Assembly (NCBI RefSeq): GCF_035514885.1
Contig: NZ_DATJCH010000023.1
Span: 4,881 to 68,880, forward strand
DNA: 64,000 bases
DNA from: Albibacterium sp.
GTDB taxonomy: Bacteria; Bacteroidota; Bacteroidia; Sphingobacteriales; Sphingobacteriaceae
Direction: 5' to 3'
The notes beneath the pieces are model-generated. The model searched no databases, was not told the origin of the DNA, and saw only the letters and a list, made by a program, of their open reading frames with translations. Below are positions 21,406 to 30,493 of the stretch, piece by piece. Each line of letters starts with the position of its first letter. Positions within the stretch are counted from its first letter, which is position 1. Both the position numbers and the translations under genes were made by a program.

Positions 21406-23592
21406 ATGCGATCTAAAGAAATTTTTATCCTATCTCTTCTTGTTTTTATTGCTGGATATAGCAAAGCTCAAACAATAAATATTCCAATCGAAACGAAAAG
21501 CAACGCTTTAGTTTTACAAGTAAATTCCAACAAAGGCTTAAATATTATTCACTTTGGTGAAAAACTGGGTGACCCTAAAGAGTATGCTCAAATACCATCT
21601 ACTTATAAGCAAGCAGAAGACTATACAGGAGTGTTAAATTCAGCTTATACACCCTCTGGTTCACGAAATTTAATGGAACCTGCAATATCGGTTACACATG
21701 CAGATGGCAACAACTCACTTGACCTTAAATATGTTAGTCATAACATATTTAAGATTGATGAGAATGTTACCCTTACAAGCATTCTATTAAAGGATCCGGC
21801 TTACAACTTTGAAGTTACTTTACACTATAAAACTTATTATAAAGAAGATGTAACGGAACAATGGAGTGTAATAAAGCATCATGAAAAAGGGAATGTTATC
21901 TTAAACAAGTTTGCATCAGCTAATTTGTACGTGAAGGCTGATAGCTATTGGCTTAAACAATTTCATGGTGATTGGGCCAGAGAAATGCAGCCTGAAGAAG
22001 CAAAACTAACCCATGGTATCAAAACATTGGATACAAAACTGGGCACCAGAGCCAATATATTTCAGCCATCTGTATTTATGGTTTCATTGGATAAAATTGC
22101 AACCGAAGATGAAGGAAAAGTTCTTTATGGCTCATTAGAGTGGAGTGGAAATTTTCGCATTGACCTTGAACTGGATAATCAGAATAATTTAAGAATCATA
22201 GCCGGTATCAATAACTACGCATCTGCTTATACACTAAAGCCCAATGAAGAATTCACAACTCCCCCATTTTTATATACTTTTTCTGATAAAGGGAAAGGAG
22301 ATGCAAGTAGAAAACTTCAGAGCTGGGCAAGGGATTATAAAATATTGGATGGAAATGGTACAAGATTAACCTTATTAAACAATTGGGAGGCTACCTACTT
22401 TGATTTTAATGAAAACAAGCTATTTGAATTAATAAAGGATACTAAAAAGCTCGGCGTAGACCTCTTTTTATTAGATGATGGCTGGTTTGCTAATAAATAT
22501 CCTAGAAATGCTGATAATACAGGCCTAGGAGATTGGGAAGCGAATAAAACAAAATTGCCTAATGGCATATCCTCCCTAGTAAGAGAAGCCAAAAACAACG
22601 ATGTGAAATTTGGTATATGGATCGAACCCGAAATGGTAAGTCCTAAAAGCGAATTATACGAAAAGCATCCTGAGTGGGTAATTAAACAACCTGAAAGAGA
22701 GGAATATTATTATCGAAATCAACTGGTGTTGGATCTTAGTAATCCAGAGGTACAAGACTTTGTATATGGCATTGTAGATGATTTATTTACTGAAAATCCT
22801 GACTTAGCTTATATCAAATGGGATTGCAATGCAGTTATTTACAATGCACATTCTTCTTATTTAAAGAATCAATCTCATTTTTATATTGAGTATGTACGCG
22901 GCTTATATAAAGTACTGGAAAGAATCAGAGCGAAGTATCCAACGGTTCCAATCATGCTATGTTCCGGAGGTGGAGGAAGAGTAGATTATGGAGCTCTGCA
23001 ATATTTCACTGAATTCTGGTTAAGCGATAATACAGACCCATTAGAACGTATTTTCATGCAATGGGAGTATTCTTATTTCTACCCGGCGATTGTTTCAGCT
23101 AACCATGTAACCGATTGGGGAAAACAGCCTATAAAGTTTCGTACCGATGTTGCCATGATGGGTAAATTAGGTTTTGATATTGTAGTAAGCGAGTTGGAGG
23201 AAAAAGAACTTGCCTTCTGCCAAGCTGCTATAAAATTATATGACGGTTTAAAATCAACTATCTGGCATGGTGATCAGTACCGTTTAGCAAATCCTACCGA
23301 GGGTCAGGTTGCATCTATGCTTTACATTGATGAAAGTAAAAGCAATGGAGTCATCTTTAACTATCTGGTTGGAAACAGATACGGAGATAACAGTAAATTA
23401 CCCATCCGTTTAAAAGGACTTGATGCTAATAAGAAATATAGTATCAAAGAAGTAAATCTATATCCGGGAACATCTTCAAGTATTGATTCTGAGAAAATCT
23501 ATTCTGGAGAATTCTTAATGAAGATTGGTTTTAATCCGGATGTAAATGCAAGAAGAACAAGTGTAGTTTTACAATTGAGCGAAGTTGAATAA
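21406..23592 (+). CDS. Alpha-galactosidase, glycoside hydrolase family 36
   Basis: 728 aa with a signal peptide and the LLDDGWF and IKWDCN motifs. Confidence 0.88.
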   Translation: MRSKEIFILSLLVFIAGYSKAQTINIPIETKSNALVLQVNSNKGLNIIHFGEKLGDPKEYAQIPSTYKQAEDYTGVLNSAYTPSGSRNLMEPAISVTHADGNNSLDLKYVSHNIFKIDENVTLTSILLKDPAYNFEVTLHYKTYYKEDVTEQWSVIKHHEKGNVILNKFASANLYVKADSYWLKQFHGDWAREMQPEEAKLTHGIKTLDTKLGTRANIFQPSVFMVSLDKIATEDEGKVLYGSLEWSGNFRIDLELDNQNNLRIIAGINNYASAYTLKPNEEFTTPPFLYTFSDKGKGDASRKLQSWARDYKILDGNGTRLTLLNNWEATYFDFNENKLFELIKDTKKLGVDLFLLDDGWFANKYPRNADNTGLGDWEANKTKLPNGISSLVREAKNNDVKFGIWIEPEMVSPKSELYEKHPEWVIKQPEREEYYYRNQLVLDLSNPEVQDFVYGIVDDLFTENPDLAYIKWDCNAVIYNAHSSYLKNQSHFYIEYVRGLYKVLERIRAKYPTVPIMLCSGGGGRVDYGALQYFTEFWLSDNTDPLERIFMQWEYSYFYPAIVSANHVTDWGKQPIKFRTDVAMMGKLGFDIVVSELEEKELAFCQAAIKLYDGLKSTIWHGDQYRLANPTEGQVASMLYIDESKSNGVIFNYLVGNRYGDNSKLPIRLKGLDANKKYSIKEVNLYPGTSSSIDSEKIYSGEFLMKIGFNPDVNARRTSVVLQLSEVE

Positions 23593-23650
23593 TAATCTCT
23601 TTCTATCAATCTTTTTTATATTATTGTATATACCATAAAACCAAACAATT

Positions 23651-24523
23651 ATGAAAAGATCAGTAATTATTGCATTCTTAACTCTATGCACGGTTTCCTT
23701 TGCGCTGGCACAAGAAGGGCAAGTTTTTGAAACACGCACAGTAAAAAGTGAAATTCTTAAAATGGATCGCAAATATGCAATCTATTTACCACCCGGTTAT
23801 GATCAAAGCGATCGTAGCTATCCTGTTCTGTATCTCCTTCATGGCAGCGGGGACAACCATACAGGCTGGGTGCAATTCGGACAAGTTCAAAATATTGCTG
23901 ACAAAGCAATTAATGAAGGCAGTGCTGGCCCCATGATTATTGTAATGCCAGATGCCGATACCGGAACCAGAGGTTATTTTAATGTTATTGACGGCAGCTA
24001 TAACTATGAGGATTTCTTCTTTAAGGAACTAATTCCACACATCGAAAAAACATACCGTGTGCGCAGCGAAAAACGTTACCGTGCTGTAGCAGGTTTATCG
24101 ATGGGTGGCGGAGGTACCATTTTCTACGCACTACATCAACCAGACATGTTTGCTGCTGCTGCACCCTTAAGTGCAGCAACCGGTAGCTGGAATATTGATC
24201 AGCTTAAATCAAGGTATAAAGATGCATCTACTAGTCCGACGGAAAAACAATTCGAAGATTACTTTAACCGTCACAGCATAGAAAGCATTATTAGTAATTC
24301 GTCAGAAGATAACTTAAAGAAAATTAAAGGAATACGTTGGTATATAAGCTGCGGCGACGATGATTTTCTTTATGAAGGAAACAGCGATATGCATGTCCTA
24401 TTTCGCAAAAACGAAATTCCACATGAATACAGAGTTAAAGACGGTGGCCATACCTGGACATACTGGCGACACGAACTACCTTTAGTCCTGGAATTTGTAT
24501 CAAAATCATTTATGCAATTCTAA
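23651..24523 (+). CDS. Secreted esterase family protein (PF00756-like)
   Basis: Signal peptide, YPVLYLLHGSGDNH and the nucleophile elbow GLSMGG. It lacks the N-terminal Ig domain of the two tandem esterases. Confidence 0.8.
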   Translation: MKRSVIIAFLTLCTVSFALAQEGQVFETRTVKSEILKMDRKYAIYLPPGYDQSDRSYPVLYLLHGSGDNHTGWVQFGQVQNIADKAINEGSAGPMIIVMPDADTGTRGYFNVIDGSYNYEDFFFKELIPHIEKTYRVRSEKRYRAVAGLSMGGGGTIFYALHQPDMFAAAAPLSAATGSWNIDQLKSRYKDASTSPTEKQFEDYFNRHSIESIISNSSEDNLKKIKGIRWYISCGDDDFLYEGNSDMHVLFRKNEIPHEYRVKDGGHTWTYWRHELPLVLEFVSKSFMQF

Positions 24524-24525
24524 AA

Positions 24526-24574
24526 CAAGAATCCCTAACAAATTATTATTAATACAATTTGTTAGGGATTCTTG
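24526..24574. terminator. Bidirectional terminator hairpin between convergent genes
   Basis: Perfect 19-bp stem (caagaatccctaacaaatt / aatttgttagggattcttg) with an 11-nt loop. Confidence 0.8.
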
Positions 24575-24594
24575 TAAATTATATTTGTCTGTTA

Positions 24595-25545
24595 CTATAC
24601 TCCTTCAGCAATCGCTTTCATCTTAGCTAAACCGGTTTGTGCAACCAATAATGCATCCTGTTGATAATAACTTTCGTTGAAAACTTCCAGCGATATAATT
24701 ACTGGCTTATCAGGATTTTTAATCGCCTGCAAAGCTTGGCGAATCGGTGCAACACCATCTCCTGTATAAATACGATCTGGTTCAGATATTTTAGCAGGAA
24801 CAATGCCTGATGGATAATCATTAACATGAAAGATATCAATAGCTCCCCTACCTACAAATGGCAAGCTGTCAAAACTTGAGCCCCCTTTATAAATATGAAA
24901 AATATCCAATAAAGCACTCGCGTCTTTATGTCCGCTTTCTGCAACCACGTAAAGCACCTGACTAATTTTCTTCAAATTAGGTGACGCACCCCACATCTCA
25001 AGCACAGGTTTCACACCAGTTTGCTCCCCCAATTCAAGAATATTAATATATCTTTCAGTAATAACATTCAAATCAATTAATGCAGCGTTAGCACTATTGG
25101 CACCCGATGGTGGAGCAGCAATTCGCTTACAACCTATCCCTGCTAATTGCTCCATTTCTGCCTGCAATTGCTTAAGTCCTGCTTTACGAACAGCCTCATC
25201 ATCAACAATCCATCTGGCAAAACCAATTGCATTCTCTATTTCAAGACCTAAATCATCGATAATTCTTTTAGCTTCTTTTACCGAGCCTCCTCCTTTTAGA
25301 TATGTTTGAAAGGAATCTATCCATATTTCAACTGAACCAAAACCTGCTTTCGAGGCAACTTCCAACTCTTTCACAAAACCTAATTTCTGTCCACGAATAG
25401 TACTCATATTGAGCGCATACTTAAAACTAGGATTTGCTTGTGTTGAACTTTCTTTTGCAGAAGCTGGTAATCTTAACAGCGAAGCTCCTGCCGTTAAACC
25501 CAATGTTTTTAATACCTGTCGGCGGTTTAATGAAAAGTCGGTCAT
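24595..25545 (-). CDS. Tat-exported xylose-isomerase-like TIM-barrel protein
   Basis: An internal ATG gives MTDFSLNRRQVLKTLGLTAGASLL, which contains a twin-arginine motif. TIM-barrel family features are present. Confidence 0.78.
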   Translation of the reverse strand: MTDFSLNRRQVLKTLGLTAGASLLRLPASAKESSTQANPSFKYALNMSTIRGQKLGFVKELEVASKAGFGSVEIWIDSFQTYLKGGGSVKEAKRIIDDLGLEIENAIGFARWIVDDEAVRKAGLKQLQAEMEQLAGIGCKRIAAPPSGANSANAALIDLNVITERYINILELGEQTGVKPVLEMWGASPNLKKISQVLYVVAESGHKDASALLDIFHIYKGGSSFDSLPFVGRGAIDIFHVNDYPSGIVPAKISEPDRIYTGDGVAPIRQALQAIKNPDKPVIISLEVFNESYYQQDALLVAQTGLAKMKAIAEGV

Positions 25546-25641
25546 ATTGGTTAATCTCTTATTTGTAATCCTTTTGTCGTAAAAATACAATTATTAATTA
25601 CAGAGAAGCAATACTAAGTTCCAGAATTCTTAAAAAGATGA

Positions 25642-25842
25642 TTAAGGTAAATAACGATCTGTCGTTTTTACGGTATTTTCATTTTGAGTATCCATTTCTG
25701 CATTTTGAACAAGAGCATTCCCCGTACCTGAAAACAGCAAAGCCAAATACAGAATTATTATCTCTATCGCCTTTAAAATATACTTAATTGGAGTAAAATC
25801 TGAGAACATATCGGTATAATTGATTACCAAACATAATCTCAT
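25642..25842 (-). CDS. Possible small membrane protein
   Basis: 66-aa ORF with one hydrophobic segment, downstream of kduD. There is no other support. Confidence 0.2.
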   Translation of the reverse strand: MRLCLVINYTDMFSDFTPIKYILKAIEIIILYLALLFSGTGNALVQNAEMDTQNENTVKTTDRYLP

Positions 25843-25933
25843 CTATCTAATATATAAACACTTAATCGTTATATCAGCTCATTTAGTCGGTAAATAACAG
25901 GTTTTTGTCGGCTAACGAATTCATAGGCAACAA

Positions 25934-26704
25934 TTATCTGCCCATCCATCCACCATCAACCGTCATTACAGTACCATGCATATAATTTGAAGCGTTTGAA
26001 GACAGAAAAACCACTGGCCCTTTAAAATCATCCGGATTACCCCAGCGACCTGCAGGAATACGCTCCATAATAGAACGACTACGATTTTCATCTTTGCGCA
26101 AAGCAGCTGTATTATCAGTGGCAATATAACCCGGTGCAATTGCATTTACATTTACACCTTTTGCAGCCCATTCATTTGAAAAAGCTTTTGTAAGCTGACC
26201 GATAGCTCCCTTGCTGGCTGCATAGCCGGGTACAGTTATTCCGCCCTGAAAAGTAAGCAGCGACGCAGTAAAAACCACTTTACCACTTCCACGTTTAAGC
26301 ATTTCCTTTCCGATTTCTCTGGTAAGAATAAACGGAGCAGTTTGATTTACTGCAACAACCTCATCCCAATATTCATCCGGATGTTCAGCAATTGGCTTCC
26401 TCAAAATCGTGCCGGCATTATTAATAAGGATATCAATAACAGGATGATCTTTTTTCACCTGTTCAACAAACTGATTCACTGCATTCCGGCCACTAAAGTC
26501 ACATTGGTAGGCATAGAATTGCCGACCCATTGCTTTAACAGAAAGCTCTACATCACTATCTCTTAACTCCAGACTGGCAGAAACACCGATAATATCAGCA
26601 CCAGCTTCCGCTAAAGCTTCTGCCATAGCCTTTCCAATTCCTCTTTTACAACCCGTAACCAAGGCTATTTTTCCCTTTAAACTAAATAAATCTAATACTG
26701 ACAT
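25934..26704 (-). CDS. kduD: 2-dehydro-3-deoxy-D-gluconate 5-dehydrogenase (SDR)
   Basis: SDR TGxxxGIG motif (VTGCKRGIG) and YxxxK (YAASKGA), in KduD-typical context next to kduI. Confidence 0.88.
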   Translation of the reverse strand: MSVLDLFSLKGKIALVTGCKRGIGKAMAEALAEAGADIIGVSASLELRDSDVELSVKAMGRQFYAYQCDFSGRNAVNQFVEQVKKDHPVIDILINNAGTILRKPIAEHPDEYWDEVVAVNQTAPFILTREIGKEMLKRGSGKVVFTASLLTFQGGITVPGYAASKGAIGQLTKAFSNEWAAKGVNVNAIAPGYIATDNTAALRKDENRSRSIMERIPAGRWGNPDDFKGPVVFLSSNASNYMHGTVMTVDGGWMGR

Positions 26705-26707
26705 AAT

Positions 26708-27850
26708 TTATTGAATTGTAACTTTAAGTGGCTCTTTCAACTTCTGATTAAACAAATCTACGTATTTAAACCACTGCTTAGCAGAAGTACCCGCCGAAGC
26801 ATCGTTTGCTTTGCTCCATACAGAACCATTATAATATACCAAAGGCACATTGCTCTTAACAGATGCATGTGTTAGTAAATGAATTTTATCTGAATCCATT
26901 TTCACGGATCCATGCGGATAAATTGTAGCAACGCCCGTAATACCATCTGCACCATGTTCCGGTTCCCAATAACTCATTATTCCCTGCTGCTCATCCATCA
27001 TCACAATACCGGGTTCACTTCTCTTTACAATGCCGATCACTACAGGCAAATCCTCACCATCATTATAGCTGTAAACAACCTCGATTTTATTAAAGCGAGA
27101 ACCTGCATCTAGCGATATAGTTTTTACTATACTTACAGATTTTCCAGCAACATCCCATGCATCGTACCCTAACTGAAAACTTGTGCGCAAGGGTCCGTTA
27201 TCCAACACTTTCCAATGGTGGTAATTCTTAGAATAATAAACAGAATCCATCACAAAAGGTGCAATATCACCAGCGCCTAAGGTCAATCCTACGCTATAAT
27301 AATCCATCCCATCACCATGATCTTTATGGTAATCGGCTGTTTTGTACCAATCATTAATAACCAGTTTGTTGCTTCTTTTAACCCAAACGTCAATTCCAAA
27401 AGCATTGTCGGGTCTCGTTTCCAGAGCCTTTCCATACATCCGATAAGCTACCTTATCATTCTCCCAGGCAAAATCATCATAACGCTCAGGAACATAGCGG
27501 CCGTAAGTTTTACTAACTACAGTTTCGGGTTTATTTGCTACGATCGAAAGCTGAATACTTGCCTTGGCTACCACATTCACCTGCAGCAATAAATTCTGAA
27601 TAGCTTTCTGTCCTGCATGCTCCAACTGAAAAGGAACCTCCTGCTTGCTTGCTGCATCTACAACTTTAAAATTTGCTGTATCAATAGAAGGGTATTTATT
27701 TAGAATGGAAGCCCAGCTAATAGCCACTACTTCATCTGCCCTTGCTATATCCAACGAATTACTTATGGTTATGTTTATTGCGTTTGTTTGTGCAGAAAGC
27801 ATTAGTGCCGTTCCAAAAAGCAATGACAAAAGAATCAATATCTTTTTCAT
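26708..27850 (-). CDS. DUF4861-like secreted protein
   Basis: 380 aa with a signal peptide. Its size and its position between kduD and kduI fit DUF4861. The family call is from memory and was not searched. Confidence 0.6.
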   Translation of the reverse strand: MKKILILLSLLFGTALMLSAQTNAINITISNSLDIARADEVVAISWASILNKYPSIDTANFKVVDAASKQEVPFQLEHAGQKAIQNLLLQVNVVAKASIQLSIVANKPETVVSKTYGRYVPERYDDFAWENDKVAYRMYGKALETRPDNAFGIDVWVKRSNKLVINDWYKTADYHKDHGDGMDYYSVGLTLGAGDIAPFVMDSVYYSKNYHHWKVLDNGPLRTSFQLGYDAWDVAGKSVSIVKTISLDAGSRFNKIEVVYSYNDGEDLPVVIGIVKRSEPGIVMMDEQQGIMSYWEPEHGADGITGVATIYPHGSVKMDSDKIHLLTHASVKSNVPLVYYNGSVWSKANDASAGTSAKQWFKYVDLFNQKLKEPLKVTIQ

Positions 27851-27864
27851 CTTATGCTTTTCAA

Positions 27865-28707
27865 TTATTTAATATCATTAATAGCACAATGATCCATATC
27901 GCCATAGTCTAAATTCTCTCCCGCCATTCCCCATATAAAAGTATAATTACTGGTCCCCGCACCTGAATGTATTGACCATTCCGGAGAAATTACTGCCTGT
28001 TCATTCTGCATCCAGATATGACGCGTTTCCTGTGTTTCACCCATAAAATGGCAAACACTCTGACCTTCAGGCACCTCGAAATAAAAGTAAACTTCCATTC
28101 TTCGATCATGGGTATGTACAGGCATGGTATTCCAGACACTTCCAGTTTTTAATTCCGTCATTCCCATTTGAAGCTGACAGGTTTGAAGGACACTATTAAC
28201 CAATAACTTATTGATTACCCGATGATTGGCAGTTTCCAAACTTCCCATCTCAACAACTTCTGCATCTGCCGCTGTTACTTTTTTAGTAGGATAAGCATGA
28301 TGAGCCGGAGTCGAATTAATATAAAACTTAGCCGGCTTACCTTTATCAGCCGAAGAGAAACTAACCCCTTTTGATCCTCTACCGATATAAAGTGCCTCCT
28401 TAAACTGAAGTTCATAAGCAGTTCCATCAACCGTTACTGTACCTTTATCTCCAACATTAATAATTCCCATCTCTCTTCTTTCCAAAAAGTAAGAAGCCTT
28501 TAAATAATCAGGATTGGAAAGTTGCAGAGTCTCACTTGTCGGCATCGCCCCACCTGCTATGTATCGATCGTAATGAGTTAAAGTAAGGTGAATATGATCG
28601 GCCTCGAATATTTTACTAATTAAAAAGTTCTTTCGCAATTTCTCAGTGTCCATTAACTTGGTTTCACCAGGACTAAATGCATATCGTTTCTCAAAATGTT
28701 CTTGCAT
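27865..28707 (-). CDS. kduI: 5-dehydro-4-deoxy-D-glucuronate isomerase
   Basis: 280-aa cupin with typical KduI length and a conserved His-rich metal region (MPVHTHDRRMEVYFYF). Confidence 0.9.
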   Translation of the reverse strand: MQEHFEKRYAFSPGETKLMDTEKLRKNFLISKIFEADHIHLTLTHYDRYIAGGAMPTSETLQLSNPDYLKASYFLERREMGIINVGDKGTVTVDGTAYELQFKEALYIGRGSKGVSFSSADKGKPAKFYINSTPAHHAYPTKKVTAADAEVVEMGSLETANHRVINKLLVNSVLQTCQLQMGMTELKTGSVWNTMPVHTHDRRMEVYFYFEVPEGQSVCHFMGETQETRHIWMQNEQAVISPEWSIHSGAGTSNYTFIWGMAGENLDYGDMDHCAINDIK

Positions 28708-28742
28708 GATTTAATTTTAATCGATTTGTAATAAAAACAGAA

Positions 28743-29936
28743 TTATAAATACCAATCCTTATAACGATGTAAGGCCTCCAGAAAATAATAATCGCCATAG
28801 GTAAGGGGAACATCCACCTCTGAATTCTGATGTAAAAACCCTACTCCGTGTTTTAACAGAAAGCCACCATTTTCTCCAAGTTTCGAACGGTAAGCATCTG
28901 AGGCCAAAGTTCTGATAGCCTTTTCTGAAGCATCTAAATACTTTTTACTCGCTGTTTTATCAGTATACTGAGCTAATTCCAATAAGGCAGAAGCCATAAT
29001 TGCACCAGCAGAAGCATCACGATAGGTATTTGGAATCTCCGGAGCATCATAATCCCAATAAGGAATCATATCAGCAGGCATATTGGTATCGTTTAACATA
29101 AAGTTCGCAATGTGTATTGCCTGATCCAAGTATTGTTTATCTTTTGTAAAACGATACATCATAGTAAAACCATATAATCCCCAAGCCTGTCCGCGGCTCC
29201 ATGCAGATTCATCTGCAAATCCCTGCCAGTTCACTTTTTTCAATACCTCCCCTGTCTCCATATTATAATCAAGAACATGATAAGCACTGAAATCCGGTCT
29301 GTAATGATTCTTTATCGTCGAGTTAGCATGATTAACTGCAATCTCCTTATATTTCTTATCACCTCCATGATCACTCACCCAACTTAGCAATTCTAAGTTC
29401 ATCATGTTATCGATAATTACAGGACCAGCCCACATATCATTTGAATTCCATGACTGAATTACCTGCGCACCTGGATGATACCGTGTTGAAAGAGAAGCAG
29501 CAGAGGCTTCTATAATATCTTTATATGCCGGATCATGCAGAAGCCTGTATGCATTTCCAAAGCTGCAATACATCATAAAGCCGAGATCGTGCGTACCTTT
29601 ATTATTCTTCTCCTTTTCAAGAATAGTAAGCCTCCTCTTTGCTTCATCTAGTATTTCAGCATCTTGCGTATATTCATAAATGTAGAGCAGAGAACCGGGA
29701 AAAAAACCACTGCACCACCATGCTGTATTACTGGTCACCACCTCTCCTGTTGTCGCATTCAAGGTTTTAGGCATCACATCGGCCGGAACATTTTTAGCCA
29801 ATATCTTATACTGCTGATCAGCAAACTTAAATTGTTGATCAATTAATTCACCCATCTTCTGATCCTTTGCCTGGGCTTTCAGCATTCCGCTATTGATTAA
29901 TAAAAAGCATAGCGCAGTCAATAGTTTAACTTTCAT
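28743..29936 (-). CDS. Unsaturated glucuronyl hydrolase, glycoside hydrolase family 88
   Basis: Signal peptide with WWCSGFFPG and THDLGFM motifs. It is the first gene of the GH88-kduI-DUF4861-kduD string. Confidence 0.85.
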   Translation of the reverse strand: MKVKLLTALCFLLINSGMLKAQAKDQKMGELIDQQFKFADQQYKILAKNVPADVMPKTLNATTGEVVTSNTAWWCSGFFPGSLLYIYEYTQDAEILDEAKRRLTILEKEKNNKGTHDLGFMMYCSFGNAYRLLHDPAYKDIIEASAASLSTRYHPGAQVIQSWNSNDMWAGPVIIDNMMNLELLSWVSDHGGDKKYKEIAVNHANSTIKNHYRPDFSAYHVLDYNMETGEVLKKVNWQGFADESAWSRGQAWGLYGFTMMYRFTKDKQYLDQAIHIANFMLNDTNMPADMIPYWDYDAPEIPNTYRDASAGAIMASALLELAQYTDKTASKKYLDASEKAIRTLASDAYRSKLGENGGFLLKHGVGFLHQNSEVDVPLTYGDYYFLEALHRYKDWYL

Positions 29937-30270
29937 ATTGGTTAATTTAATATATAGTGGATGATCTAATATTGTAAATTTAAAGTATTACGATAACAAT
30001 ACTAGAAAAATATTTTAATCCCTGTTTAATGTAAGGATTAATAAGAATCTACGACTAACTGTATAAATATAATCATTGGAAGAAGAATTTTTAAAATCGA
30101 TTAATTTCTAGCTATCCATCATTTTGCACTAAAACTTGTGGAAGCCGCTTTGTGAAAGTAAATAATCCGCTAACCCATTCGAACCCTTCCTGACAGTTTC
30201 CTTTTATTTCGTTAGAAAAAACAAATAAATAAAAGGTAAAGGCTTAAAGAATCGCTTAAAACTCAATTTA

Positions 30271-30364
30271 GTCAAACAGGGACCAAACAGGGGTCAAACA
30301 GGGACCAAACAGGGGCAAAACTCGTATATTACCCCTGTTTGGTCCCTGTCTGGTCCCTGTTTAA
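30271..30364. repeat. Seven 11-bp units (4 direct, 16-bp AT-rich spacer, 3 inverted) forming a long imperfect palindrome
   Basis: The direct units are TCAAACAGGGA, CCAAACAGGGG, TCAAACAGGGA and CCAAACAGGGG (30272-30315). The spacer is 30316-30331. The inverted units are CCCCTGTTTGG, TCCCTGTCTGG and TCCCTGTTTAA (30332-30364). The core 15-bp inverted repeat GGGACCAAACAGGGG / CCCCTGTTTGGTCCC is perfect. Confidence 0.9.
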
Positions 30365-30493
30365 TTCTTGTATATTTCCTATTTAGTATAAATTTGCCTA
30401 AAGCTTTTTCCATTTCAAATCTAGAGAAGAAAACACCATCTTTCACCTCAAATGAATAATGAATCCTTAAATTTGAAAGGATAACTGATACGG

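Noticed and set aside
30178-30200. ATTCGAACCC matching the T-loop region of tRNA-Ser(TGA), which could be a possible att or tRNA remnant
   Set aside because: Only 10 nt match. The flanks cannot form a T-arm and do not match the acceptor stem, so it is compatible with chance.
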